The notes under the pieces were generated by a model. It saw nothing but the letters and a program-made list of their open reading frames with translations, was not told where the DNA came from and ran no database searches. A program made the translations under genes and the position numbers. From Candidatus Binatia bacterium (GTDB lineage: Bacteria; Desulfobacterota; Binatia; UBA9968; JAJDTQ01), in the NCBI GenBank assembly GCA_963666515.2, contig OY762897.2, positions 1,376,001-1,440,000 of the forward strand: 64,000 nt of DNA. The letters run 5' to 3'. This document shows, one piece after another, positions 9,766 to 19,524 of this stretch. Position 1 is the first letter of the stretch. Each line of letters begins with the position of its first letter.

Positions 9766-9927
9766 CGGTTCTCTCGGCGCTGACCCGATTTCGTGGGGCG
9801 CCACTTTGCCGGGCGCCCTGCTTGTATCCCGCGCCGTTTCGGGCATCATCCTCTTGTGTAACAGATATGGGAACCCGGCCCTACCGCCGTACAAACGGTA
9901 TGGGGCAGGGCGGATCGAGGAGGACGA

Positions 9928-11706
9928 ATGCGCATCATTCGAATCATTCTCATGGTGATTGGAGCGCTGGCGACCCTGACGGCCGCCGGCGTCGTGGCCG
10001 CGGTGATCTTCTTTTCCACGCGCACGCCGCCGGTGCCGGAGAAGACGGTCCTTACCCTGGACCTGGACCGCAGCGTCCCGGAAATCGGCTCCGGCGGACT
10101 CACGCCCTGGAGCGGCCTCGGGAAGACGCGGCCGGCGCTCTGGGAAGCCGTCGCCGCCATCGAGCGGGCGGCGGAGGACGAGCGCGTGGTAGGTCTCGTG
10201 GCCCGCGTCGGCGCGTCGGACATGGGCTTGGCGCGGACCCAGGAGCTGCGCGACGCGGTCCAGGCCTTCCGCCGCTCCGGCAAGCCAGCCTACGCCTTCG
10301 CCGAATCCTTCGGCGACTTCGGTCCCGGCAACGCCGCCTTCTACTTGGCCGCGGCGTTCGAGAAGATATACCTGCAACCGTCCGGGGACGTGGGGCTCAC
10401 CGGCCTGCTGGCGCAGAGCTATTTTCTCAAGGGCACGCTGGAAAAGCTCGACGTGCAGTTCCGGATGAGCCAGCGGGAAGAATACAAGGGCGTCAGGGAT
10501 CGCTTCACGGACAGCGGCTTCACGGCCGCTCAAAGGGAGGCGGTCACCCGGATACTGGAGTCCCTGACCGAGCAGTTGACCGCGGGGATCGCCGAGGGAC
10601 GCGGGCTCTCCCGCGACGAGGTACGGGCCTTGATGCAGCAGGCGCCTTTCCCCGCCAGGGAGGCCCTGGAGGCACGGCTGGTGGACGGCCTGCTCTACCG
10701 CGATGAGGTGGATGAACTGGTCCGCGAGACGCTGGGAAAGGACATCGCGTTTCTGTCCCTGTCCCGCTACCGTCGCCGGCTCGAAGCCGGGGACGGCGAC
10801 GCCGCCACCGTGGCGCTGATCCACGGTCTGGGTCAGGTCCACCGCGGGAGCAGCCGCCACCGCGCCTTCACCGGGCGGGACTCCATGGGGTCGGACAGCA
10901 TCGCCCGGGCCTTTCGGCGGGCCGCGGACGACGATGAGGTGAAGGCCATCATCTTCCGCGTCGACAGCCCGGGCGGCTCCTACGTGGCCTCGGACGTGAT
11001 CCGGCGCGAAGTGCTGCGGGCGCGCCGGCGGGGCAAACCGGTGATCGTTTCCATGGGCGACGTCGCGGGCTCCGGCGGCTATTTCGTCGCCGCCCCGGCC
11101 GACCGGATCGTAGCCCAGCCCGCGACCCTCACCGGCTCCATCGGGGTGGCCGGCGGGAAGGTTGTCACCAGGGGCCTGTGGGAAAAGCTCGGCGTGTCCT
11201 GGGACCAGGTAGCCGGCAACACCAACGCCACCTTCTGGAGCGCGATCGAGGACTACGATCCAGTCCAGCGCGCGCGCCTGGAGGGGCTGCTCGACACGGT
11301 CTACGATGACTTCCTTTCCAAGGTGGCGGAGGGCCGGAATCTGACTCGTGAACAGGTGTCGGCCGCGGCCAAGGGACGTGTCTGGACCGGCGCCGATGCG
11401 AGGGAGCATGGGCTGGTGGATGACCTGGGCGGTTACGCGGCGACGCTCGCGGCCGTGCGAGAGGTCGCCGGCATCGCTCCTGACGCAGCCATCCGGCTGC
11501 GGCCGTTCCCGCGCCGGAAGTCCACGCTCCGGCTCCTGGCCGAACAGTTGACGGGGGAGGGCGATGCGGAGATCGGCATCCCCGCGCGGGACCTCCTGAG
11601 TGGAACCCTGGAGCGCCTGGGACCGCCGGCGGGCTGGGCGCGTTCGGCCGGTCTGGCGGGGCGCCGGGGTCTGTTGGAGATGGCGGTGCCCGGCGGGCTC
11701 CGTTGA
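9928..11706 (+). CDS. sppA: signal peptide peptidase SppA, 67K type
   Basis: N-terminal TM, FRRSGKP, RVDSPGGS, SMGDVAGSGGY, TGSIGV, GRVWTG. Confidence 0.92.
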   Translation: MRIIRIILMVIGALATLTAAGVVAAVIFFSTRTPPVPEKTVLTLDLDRSVPEIGSGGLTPWSGLGKTRPALWEAVAAIERAAEDERVVGLVARVGASDMGLARTQELRDAVQAFRRSGKPAYAFAESFGDFGPGNAAFYLAAAFEKIYLQPSGDVGLTGLLAQSYFLKGTLEKLDVQFRMSQREEYKGVRDRFTDSGFTAAQREAVTRILESLTEQLTAGIAEGRGLSRDEVRALMQQAPFPAREALEARLVDGLLYRDEVDELVRETLGKDIAFLSLSRYRRRLEAGDGDAATVALIHGLGQVHRGSSRHRAFTGRDSMGSDSIARAFRRAADDDEVKAIIFRVDSPGGSYVASDVIRREVLRARRRGKPVIVSMGDVAGSGGYFVAAPADRIVAQPATLTGSIGVAGGKVVTRGLWEKLGVSWDQVAGNTNATFWSAIEDYDPVQRARLEGLLDTVYDDFLSKVAEGRNLTREQVSAAAKGRVWTGADAREHGLVDDLGGYAATLAAVREVAGIAPDAAIRLRPFPRRKSTLRLLAEQLTGEGDAEIGIPARDLLSGTLERLGPPAGWARSAGLAGRRGLLEMAVPGGLR

Positions 11707-11759
11707 CGGGCTGGTCCGCGCAGAGCGGGTGAGGATTCGTTACATATCAGGCTTTGCTC

Positions 11760-11787
11760 TGGACCCCGGATCAAGTCCGGGGTGACG
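11760..11787 (-). repeat. CGTC-type REP-like palindrome
   Basis: reverse strand reads CGTCACCCCGGA-CTTGA-TCCGGGGTCCA. Confidence 0.75.
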
Positions 11788-11900
11788 CGGAATCGGTCCT
11801 GCAACCGCGCGGCTTGACAGGGGAAAGCGGGCTTTGCTAGCCGGTATGGCTGCGGGATTGCCGCGGACTTCCACGACTCCGGAGCGTTTCTTCACACATC

Positions 11901-13097
11901 ATGCTTGACGGCATCAGAGTGCTTGAGCTCGGCCACATCGTGGCCGGACCTACGGCGGGGCTCATCCTGGCGGCGCTGGGGGCCGACGTCATCAAGGTGG
12001 AGCGTCCCGGCAGCGGCGACCAGGCGCGCTTCAGCCGCGGCAACCAGGGCTACTTCCTGGCCTTCAACGGCGGCAAGCGGAGCATCGCCCTGGACCTGAA
12101 GGACGCGCGCGGACGCGAGGCATTCGAGCGGCTGTTGCGGACTTCCGACGTGCTCATCGACAACTACGGCCCCGGCGTGCTGGAACGCATGGGCCTGGGC
12201 TACGACGCGCTGCAACGCATCAAGCCCGGCCTGCTTCACTGCGGCATCAAGGGGTTCCTCGCGGGACCCTACGAGCAACGCAACCTGCTGGACGAGCCCG
12301 CGCAGATGATGGGCGGTCTGGCCTACATGACCGGGCCCCCCGGCATGCCGCTCCGGGCCGGCGCCTCCATCATCGACATGACCGGCGCCATGTTCGGCGT
12401 CATCGGCATCCTCGCGGCGCTGCTCGGCCGCGGCCGGGAAGGCGGCGGCAACGACATGCGGGTCGGATTGTTCGAGACCGCGGTGTTCCTGGTGTCCCAG
12501 CACATCGCCAAGGCGGGGATATCGGGGGAAGTCCCTGCCCCCATGACCGAGCGCGGCGTGGGGCAGGATCTGGGTTGGGGCATCTACAAAGTGTTCGAGA
12601 CCCGGGACGGGCGCCACGTGTTCATCGGCGTTACCAGCGATGTCCAGTGGGAGGCCTACTGCAAGGAGTTCGGCCTGGACGAGATCTGGGCGGAACAGGC
12701 ACTGCGGAACAACGCTGGCCGGCGTGCGGAGTTCCGCCGTTTGACCGGGCTCACCGAGGAACTGGTGCGCACCTTCGAGTTCCGCGACATCGTCGCCCGG
12801 CTCGAATCGGCCAACATCCCCCACGCGCCCATCAACACCCCGACGGATCTGTTCGAGCACCCCCATCTCAAGGAACGGGGCCACATGACCGAATTGACCG
12901 CGCCCGACGGCACCTCGTCGCCGTTGCCGGGCCTGCCGGTGGATTTCCGGGACTCGGAGTTGCCGCGCCGGACGAATCCGCCCCTGCTGGGCGAGCATAC
13001 GGTTTCCTTGCTGCGGGAATTGGGCTATTCGGAAGAGGAGATTTCCGCCATCACCACCCCAGGGCCGCCCATGGATTCCGGGTCAAGCCCGGAATGA
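11901..13097 (+). CDS. CaiB/BaiF family III CoA transferase
   Basis: LDGIRVLEL, AGP, GADVIKVE, KRSIALDLK, catalytic Asp in IIDMTG, PPLLGEHT. Confidence 0.92.
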   Translation: MLDGIRVLELGHIVAGPTAGLILAALGADVIKVERPGSGDQARFSRGNQGYFLAFNGGKRSIALDLKDARGREAFERLLRTSDVLIDNYGPGVLERMGLGYDALQRIKPGLLHCGIKGFLAGPYEQRNLLDEPAQMMGGLAYMTGPPGMPLRAGASIIDMTGAMFGVIGILAALLGRGREGGGNDMRVGLFETAVFLVSQHIAKAGISGEVPAPMTERGVGQDLGWGIYKVFETRDGRHVFIGVTSDVQWEAYCKEFGLDEIWAEQALRNNAGRRAEFRRLTGLTEELVRTFEFRDIVARLESANIPHAPINTPTDLFEHPHLKERGHMTELTAPDGTSSPLPGLPVDFRDSELPRRTNPPLLGEHTVSLLRELGYSEEEISAITTPGPPMDSGSSPE

Positions 13098-13099
13098 CG
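13072..13099 (-). repeat. CGTC-type REP overlapping the 3' end of the CoA transferase
   Basis: reverse strand reads CGTCATTCCGGG-CTTGA-CCCGGAATCCA; includes the stop codon. Confidence 0.75.
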
Positions 13100-13169
13100 G
13101 ATGCGGGCATGGAGACGAGTTCGTGATGTCGTGCCGAGTGTGGACAGTCTGAACATGCGGAGACAATCA

Positions 13170-14294
13170 ATGTCAATGACAGCGGACCAGCAGATGGACA
13201 TGTCGCAGGTGGACGCCGCCATCGACGCGTGGAAGGCGGTGACGGAGGAGATGACCGGCAAGATCGTGGAGGAGCGCCAGCCGTGGGTCAGCTCCGTGAC
13301 CGGGGACGCCATCAAGCATTTCGCCTTCGGCACGGACGACGACAATCCCCTGTGGACCGATCCGGCCTATGCGGCCAAGACCGCAGAAGGCAGGACCCAG
13401 GCCCCGCCGGCCTTCGTATTCGTCAACCGCTACCCGATCCTTCACGGCGCGCCCATGAAGGCGCCGCTGGCGTCCCTCATCGGCGGCGTGGAGGTGGAGT
13501 GGTTCGGCCACGTGTACGCCGGCGATACCCTGAGTTCCGAGCCGCGCCAGAAGGAGTTCTTCGAGAAGCGCAACAAGGAGGGCCGGCGGCTCAACTTCGT
13601 CATCTCCGGGATCGACTACCGCAACCAGGACAGCAACCTGGTGGCCAGGGCCACCGGCACCATGATCATGGCCACCCAGATCGGCCTCCAGACCATGATG
13701 GAGCACGCGGTGCCGCACTACGACGACGGCGCGCTGGAGCGGCTGGAGACCACCTGGCGGCGCGAGTACCGCCGGGGCAGCGACACGCTCTTCTTCGAAG
13801 ACGTTGGGGAAGGGAGCGAGATCCCGTCCATCGTGCGCGGCCCGCTCACCATCGGCGACATGGTGGCCTGGAACGCGGCCATCGGCCCCTCCTACAAGGC
13901 CGGGCGCTGGGGCTACCTCGACCTCAGCAAGGCCATGCACAGCGCCATGTTCAACCCGGTCACGGGCTTTCCGGTCAAGTACTCGCAGCAGCACGAGGAC
14001 GCCAACATGGCTGCGGGCCGCGGCATGCCCGCGCCCTTCGACAACGGCGTCATGCGTTTCGCATGGGTGGCGCCGCTGGTGACCAACTGGATGGGCGACG
14101 ACGGCTTCCTCAAGCGCTTGAACGTCCAGGTGGCCCGGCCCGGCCTCTACGGCGACCTGACCACCTACTCGGGCCGCATCACGGCCAGGGACGAGGAAAC
14201 GAAGACGGTGACCCTGGAGATCACCGGGACCCGGCAGGACGGGATGGTGAACACCCGCGGCAGCGCGGAGGTGGTCCTTCCCGGCCGGGCGTGA
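13170..14294 (+). CDS. tandem MaoC/hotdog acyl-CoA dehydratase
   Basis: IKHFA..DDNPLWTD..APP in the N-terminal domain; FFEDV..G.EIP, QHED, TNWMGDDG in the second domain. Confidence 0.8.
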   Translation: MSMTADQQMDMSQVDAAIDAWKAVTEEMTGKIVEERQPWVSSVTGDAIKHFAFGTDDDNPLWTDPAYAAKTAEGRTQAPPAFVFVNRYPILHGAPMKAPLASLIGGVEVEWFGHVYAGDTLSSEPRQKEFFEKRNKEGRRLNFVISGIDYRNQDSNLVARATGTMIMATQIGLQTMMEHAVPHYDDGALERLETTWRREYRRGSDTLFFEDVGEGSEIPSIVRGPLTIGDMVAWNAAIGPSYKAGRWGYLDLSKAMHSAMFNPVTGFPVKYSQQHEDANMAAGRGMPAPFDNGVMRFAWVAPLVTNWMGDDGFLKRLNVQVARPGLYGDLTTYSGRITARDEETKTVTLEITGTRQDGMVNTRGSAEVVLPGRA

Positions 14295-14343
14295 GGCGGC
14301 CGACAACCGTTCGTCCTGAGCATTCACGGAAAGGAGAGATACC

Positions 14344-15852
14344 TTGGACAGCTATGACAACGGGCTTCCGGCCCGCTGGGATGCCGAGACCGACGTGGTG
14401 GTGGTGGGCTTCGGGTTCGCCGGGGGCGTTTCCGCGGTGGCCGCGGCGGACTCCGGCGCCGAGGTGACGATCGTGGAGAAGATGCCCAACCCCGGCGGCA
14501 TCTCGATCCTGGCGGGCGGCGGCATCGCCACCGCCGTCGACGCCAACAAGGCGTTCGAGTACCTCCAGCACACCAACGCCGGGCGCACCCCGGACGACGT
14601 GCTCCGCGCCCTGGCCGAGGGCATGACGGAGATGAAGGACTTCGTGAAGGATCTGGTGAAGGAGACCCCGTTCGAGTTGGAAGAGCAGCGGAACGGCGGC
14701 ACCTACCCGTTCCCGGGCGGCGAGGGACTGGACGGCTTCAAGATCGCGCCCATGGAAGGCTACGAGGGTTTCCAGTGGGCCAAGGGCCTGCGCGGCGGCG
14801 CGCGCCTTTTCAAGGTGCTGCTGGACAACGTGGAGGCGCGCCCGACCATCAACGTGCGGCTGGCCACGCCGGCGAAGCGCCTCGTCCGGCACCCGGAATA
14901 CGGCATCGTCGGGCTGGTGGCGGAGCACGACGGCGAGGAGGTCGCCATCAAGGCGCGCAAGGGCGTCATCCTGTCCTGCGGCGGGTTCGAGAACAACGAC
15001 GAGATGAAGCGCAACTACTTCGAGGCCATGCCCGTGTACACGCTCTTCACCGGCAACACCGGCGACGGCATCACCATGGCGCAGGAGGTGGGGGCGTCGA
15101 TGTGGCACATGTGGCACTTCCACGGCAGCTACGGGTTCAAGTACCAGGAGTTCCCGCTGGCCTTCCGCCACTGCTTCCGGGGGCCGCGCAAGGACGACTG
15201 GGTGATGCCCTGGATCGCGGTGGACAAGTACGGGCGCCGCTTCATGAACGAGTATCCGCCCGCAGTGCAGGACACCGGCCACCGGGCTCTGGAGTTCTAC
15301 GACGCCGACAAGCAGGAGTTCCCGCGCATCCCGGCCTACCTGGTGTTCGACGAGAAGGGGCGCAAGCTCGGCCCGATAGGGCAGCCCACGGTGCACGACG
15401 AGAAGGTCTCCTACGAATGGAGCGAGGATAACCTGGCGGAGGTGGAGCGGGGCTGGATCCAGAAAGCCGACGATCTGGAAACCATCGCCGGCATGATCCC
15501 GGCCGCGGAGGCGGCCACGCTCCAGGCCACCGTCGAGGAATGGAACCAGGTGTGCACGAGCGGCGGGGTGGACCGCTATCACCGGCTGCCCGGCACGCGC
15601 CTGACCATCGACACGCCGCCGTTCTATCTGGCGGAGGTGTGGCCCATCGTCTCCAACACCCAGGGCGGCCCGGTGCACGACGCCGAGCAGCACGTCATGG
15701 ACGTGCGCAATGAACCCATCCACCGGCTCTTCTCGGCCGGAGAGTGCGGTTCGTCCTTCGGCCACCTCTACCTGGAGGCGGGAAACATCACCGAGTGCTT
15801 CGTCACCGGACGCATCGCCGGCCGCAACGCGGCGGCACTGGAACGCTGGTAA
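14344..15852 (+). CDS. FAD-binding flavoprotein (fumarate reductase/3-ketosteroid dehydrogenase/TcuA superfamily)
   Basis: DVVVVGFGFAG, VILSCGGF, NTGDG, TQGG, LFSAGE; TTG start after AAGGAGA. Confidence 0.85.
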   Translation: MDSYDNGLPARWDAETDVVVVGFGFAGGVSAVAAADSGAEVTIVEKMPNPGGISILAGGGIATAVDANKAFEYLQHTNAGRTPDDVLRALAEGMTEMKDFVKDLVKETPFELEEQRNGGTYPFPGGEGLDGFKIAPMEGYEGFQWAKGLRGGARLFKVLLDNVEARPTINVRLATPAKRLVRHPEYGIVGLVAEHDGEEVAIKARKGVILSCGGFENNDEMKRNYFEAMPVYTLFTGNTGDGITMAQEVGASMWHMWHFHGSYGFKYQEFPLAFRHCFRGPRKDDWVMPWIAVDKYGRRFMNEYPPAVQDTGHRALEFYDADKQEFPRIPAYLVFDEKGRKLGPIGQPTVHDEKVSYEWSEDNLAEVERGWIQKADDLETIAGMIPAAEAATLQATVEEWNQVCTSGGVDRYHRLPGTRLTIDTPPFYLAEVWPIVSNTQGGPVHDAEQHVMDVRNEPIHRLFSAGECGSSFGHLYLEAGNITECFVTGRIAGRNAAALERW

Positions 15853-15872
15853 TGCCCGGGATCGAGTGAGCC

Positions 15873-17945
15873 ATGTTTGACTACTTCGGCTCCCTGTTCG
15901 CCGGCCTCGCGTCGGTGTTGCCCTTCACCGCGGCCGGGCAGGATCCCTTCCTGTTCATGATGATCGGCATCGCCATCGGCTTTGCCGTAGGCATCCTGCC
16001 GGGGCTCGGCGGCGCCACCACGCTGGCGCTGATGCTGCCGTTCATCTACAAGATGGACCCCACCACGGCGTTCGCGTTCCTGCTGGGGAGCCACGCGGTC
16101 ACCGCCACTACCGGCGACATCACCTCGGTGCTGTTCGGCGTGCCGGGCGAGGGCATCACCGCGGCCACCATCGTCGACGGCCACGCCATGGCCAAGAACG
16201 GCGAAGCGGGGCGCGCCCTGGGAGCGGCCCTCATGAGCTCCCTGGTGGGCGCCATCTTCGGCGCGTTCGCGCTGGCGCTGGCCATCCCCATCGTCCAGCC
16301 CCTGGTGCTGTCCATCGGCGCCCCCGAATTCATGATGCTGAGTCTCCTGGGCATCACCTTCCTGGCTTCGCTGAGCGGCGGCAACCTCGCCAAGGGCCTC
16401 ACCGCCGGCGGCTTCGGGCTGGTGCTGGCCATGGTGGGTCTCGACGCCATCACCAGCGTGTCGCGCTACACCCTGGAGCCCATCCTGGGCAGCGAGAACG
16501 TCCTGTTCCTGTGGGACGGCCTCTCCCTGGTGGCGGTGACCGTGGGGCTTTTCGCCATCCCGGAGATCATCGAGCTGGGGACCCAGGGGAGCAGCATCGC
16601 CCGGGACACGCCGGGCGCCTTGGGCGGAGTGATGCAGGGCGTCCGCGACACTTTCAGGAAGTGGAAGCTGGTGCTCCGGTGCAGCGCCATCGGCACCTAC
16701 ATCGGGCTGATTCCCGGCCTGGGGGGCGGGCCGGCCCAGTGGGTGGCCTATGCCCACGCCGTCCAGAGCGGCTCGGACCACGCCCGCTTCGGCGAAGGGG
16801 CGGTGGAAGGGGTGCTCGGCCCCGGCGCCGCCAACAACTCCAAGGAGGGCGGGTCGCTGGTCCCCACCATCGCCTTCGGCGTGCCCGGCAGCGTCGGCAT
16901 GGCGATCCTGCTGGGGGCGTTCATCATCCAGGGGATCGTCCCCGGACCGGATCTGCTGAATCCGCACAAGCACCTGACCCTGACCTTCTCCTTCGTCTGG
17001 ATCATCGTGCTCTCCAACATCGTCACGGTTGCGGTCTGCTTCCTCTTTCTCAAGCAGTTGGCCAGGATCACCTTCGTCAAGGGCACCTACCTCATCCCGT
17101 TCCTGCTGCTGCTCATCTTCCTGGGCGGCTTCGCGGTCAAGAACAGCTTCGGCGACATGATCGTGGTGCTGCTGTTCGGCGCGTTGGGGTGGCTGATGAT
17201 GCGCAACGACTGGCAGCGCCCTCCGTTGCTGCTGGGGCTCGTGCTGGGAGGCATCGCCGACAACAACCTGTTCCTCACCACCAAGATCTACGGCATGAGC
17301 TGGGTGACGCGGCCCGGGGTGATCGTCATCGGGCTCCTGATCGCCGGAGCGCTGCTCTACCCGCTGTGGCAGGCGTACAGGCAACGCCGGCGGATGGAAG
17401 CGGAAAGGGGAGAAGTCGCCGCGGAGGGTTACGAGGACGCCGGTCCGGAGGAAAGCGGAGAGGCGTCCAAGCCGGAGCGGACTCTCTTCGCCGGATTTTT
17501 CGTCGCCATCTTCGTCTACGTGGTCTACGAGGCGCTCTACGGTTTCGGCGCCATCGAGAAGCAGGCCGCGCTGTTCCCGCTGGCGGTAGGCGTTCCGAGC
17601 CTTGCGCTGGCAACCGTGGCGCTGCTTCAGGAATTTCGCGCTCCGGCGCCCGCGGCGGCAGCGGAGACCGCCGCCCTGGCCGCCGAACGCGCGCTGCTGC
17701 GCCGCCGCACCCTGGCCATCGTCGCCTGGACGGTGGGCTTCTTCCTGACGATCTGGTTCCTCGGCTTCATCACCGCATCCGCGGTGGCGACCCTCGCCTA
17801 CCTCAAGCTGGGGGCCGGAGAGAAGTGGGGCATCAGCGTCGCGCTCGCCGCGTTGGCGTGGGTCTTCTTCTTCGGCCTGTTCGACTACGGGCTGAAGCTG
17901 CCTTTCCCGCCGGGAGAGCTTTTCCTTTGGCTCGGGCTCGCCTGA
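15873..17945 (+). CDS. tripartite tricarboxylate transporter permease TctA fused to a C-terminal TctB-like domain
   Basis: GILPGLG, FGVPGE, DGHAMAKNG, AANNSKEGG TctA motifs; extra ~170 aa with ALFP and LGF...FFGLF..GLKLPFPPG TctB pattern. Confidence 0.85.
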   Translation: MFDYFGSLFAGLASVLPFTAAGQDPFLFMMIGIAIGFAVGILPGLGGATTLALMLPFIYKMDPTTAFAFLLGSHAVTATTGDITSVLFGVPGEGITAATIVDGHAMAKNGEAGRALGAALMSSLVGAIFGAFALALAIPIVQPLVLSIGAPEFMMLSLLGITFLASLSGGNLAKGLTAGGFGLVLAMVGLDAITSVSRYTLEPILGSENVLFLWDGLSLVAVTVGLFAIPEIIELGTQGSSIARDTPGALGGVMQGVRDTFRKWKLVLRCSAIGTYIGLIPGLGGGPAQWVAYAHAVQSGSDHARFGEGAVEGVLGPGAANNSKEGGSLVPTIAFGVPGSVGMAILLGAFIIQGIVPGPDLLNPHKHLTLTFSFVWIIVLSNIVTVAVCFLFLKQLARITFVKGTYLIPFLLLLIFLGGFAVKNSFGDMIVVLLFGALGWLMMRNDWQRPPLLLGLVLGGIADNNLFLTTKIYGMSWVTRPGVIVIGLLIAGALLYPLWQAYRQRRRMEAERGEVAAEGYEDAGPEESGEASKPERTLFAGFFVAIFVYVVYEALYGFGAIEKQAALFPLAVGVPSLALATVALLQEFRAPAPAAAAETAALAAERALLRRRTLAIVAWTVGFFLTIWFLGFITASAVATLAYLKLGAGEKWGISVALAALAWVFFFGLFDYGLKLPFPPGELFLWLGLA

Positions 17946-17973
17946 CGCCGTTCTCACGCCTCGAGGTTGCAAC

Positions 17974-19524
17974 ATGAAAGCATCCTGGGATCGGGAGACC
18001 GACGTGGTCGTGGTGGGCTACGGCTACTCCGGCGGCGTCGCCGCCATCGTCGCCCACGATCTCGGCGCTCGGGTGACGCTCCTGGAGAAGATGGAGCATC
18101 CGGGGGGCAACTCCATCCTCTCCGGCGGTTTCTTCCGCATCACCGACGACGTGGACAAGGCCTTCGCCTACCTGAAGCGCATGTGCCTCAACACCGTGCC
18201 GGACCCGGTGATCCAGACCTTCGCCAAGGAGCTGCGCACCCTTTCCGGCTTCATGAAGGAACTTGCCGACGACACCGGCATCCAGGTGCAGGAACGGCAC
18301 GGCACCGGCGGCACCTACCGTTTCGACGGCGGCCCTCCGGGCGACGCCATCGGGCTTTTGGCGGTCAAGAGCGAGGAGGCCCAGTGCTACCCCTGGCTCC
18401 AGGTCCACGGCACCGGCTGGATCGCCTTCAAGGTGGTGGACGACAACGTGAGCAAGCGCGACATCGACGTGTCCGTGTCCACGCCGGTGCGGGAGCTGGT
18501 CTCGGACGGGCAGGGCAGGGTGATCGGGGTGGTCGCGGAGCGCGAGGGCGAGCGCGTTCGCATCCGGGCGCGCAACGGCGTCGTGCTGGCCGCGGGAGGC
18601 TTCGAGCACAACGAGCAGCTCCGGCTCCAGTACCTCCAGGCGCAGCCCTTCTATCCCATCTGCGCTTTGGGCAACACCGGAGACGGACTGCTCATGGGGC
18701 AGAAGGCCGGCGCCGGCCTGTGGCACATGTGGCACGTCCACGGCGGCTACGGCTTCAAGGCGCCGGAGTACCCCATCGCCTTCCGGCACCGCATCCAGGG
18801 GCGCCACGGCGCCAACCACCGGCCCAGGCCGGGCGAGGAGTTCTCGCTCAAGAGCGGCGACGAGGGGCCCAAGATGATGCCCTGGATCGTGGTGGACAAG
18901 TTCGGCAAGCGCTACATGGACGAGTACCCGCCGGCGCCCCAGGACAGCCCCTGGCGCGACATGAGCCTCTACGACGTGCACGTCAAGGACTTCCCCCGCA
19001 TCCCGTCGCACATGATCTTCGACGAGAACGGCCGCATCACCGGCCCCATGTTCACGCCCATCAGCGACCACCCGTCGCGCCGCTACGAGTGGAGCGAGGA
19101 CAACTCCGTGGAGCTGGCCAAGGGCTGGATCAAGCAGGCGCCCACCGTCGAGGAGCTGGCGCGGACCATCGGCGTGCCGGAGGACAATCTGGCCGCTACC
19201 GTGGAGCGCTGGAACGATATCTGCGACCGGGAGGAGGACACCGACTTCCGGCGCTTCGCCGGGAGCCTCTTCCCCATCTTCAAGCCGCCTTTCTACGCGG
19301 TGGAGGTGTGGCCCATCATCACCAACACCCAGGGGGCGCTGGCCCACGACAAGGACCAGCGCGTGCTGGATGCCCACGACAATCCCATCCCCGGCCTCTA
19401 CTGCGCCGGCGAGATGGGCGGCGTGTTCGGCCACCTCTACCTCAACTCCGGCAACAACTCGGAGGCGTTCATCACGGGGATGATCGCCGGGCGGATGGCG
19501 GCGGGAGAACGGGCCCACGAATGA
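17974..19524 (+). CDS. FAD-binding flavoprotein, paralog of 14344..15852
   Basis: DVVVVGYGYSG, LAAGGF, NTGDG, WHMWH.HG.YGFK shared with the first copy. Confidence 0.85.
   Translation: MKASWDRETDVVVVGYGYSGGVAAIVAHDLGARVTLLEKMEHPGGNSILSGGFFRITDDVDKAFAYLKRMCLNTVPDPVIQTFAKELRTLSGFMKELADDTGIQVQERHGTGGTYRFDGGPPGDAIGLLAVKSEEAQCYPWLQVHGTGWIAFKVVDDNVSKRDIDVSVSTPVRELVSDGQGRVIGVVAEREGERVRIRARNGVVLAAGGFEHNEQLRLQYLQAQPFYPICALGNTGDGLLMGQKAGAGLWHMWHVHGGYGFKAPEYPIAFRHRIQGRHGANHRPRPGEEFSLKSGDEGPKMMPWIVVDKFGKRYMDEYPPAPQDSPWRDMSLYDVHVKDFPRIPSHMIFDENGRITGPMFTPISDHPSRRYEWSEDNSVELAKGWIKQAPTVEELARTIGVPEDNLAATVERWNDICDREEDTDFRRFAGSLFPIFKPPFYAVEVWPIITNTQGALAHDKDQRVLDAHDNPIPGLYCAGEMGGVFGHLYLNSGNNSEAFITGMIAGRMAAGERAHE

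Noticed and set aside
9340-11409. 689-aa ArfB fusion ORF
   Set aside because: The N-terminal part is the antisense shadow of sppA; only 9340-9765 is ArfB
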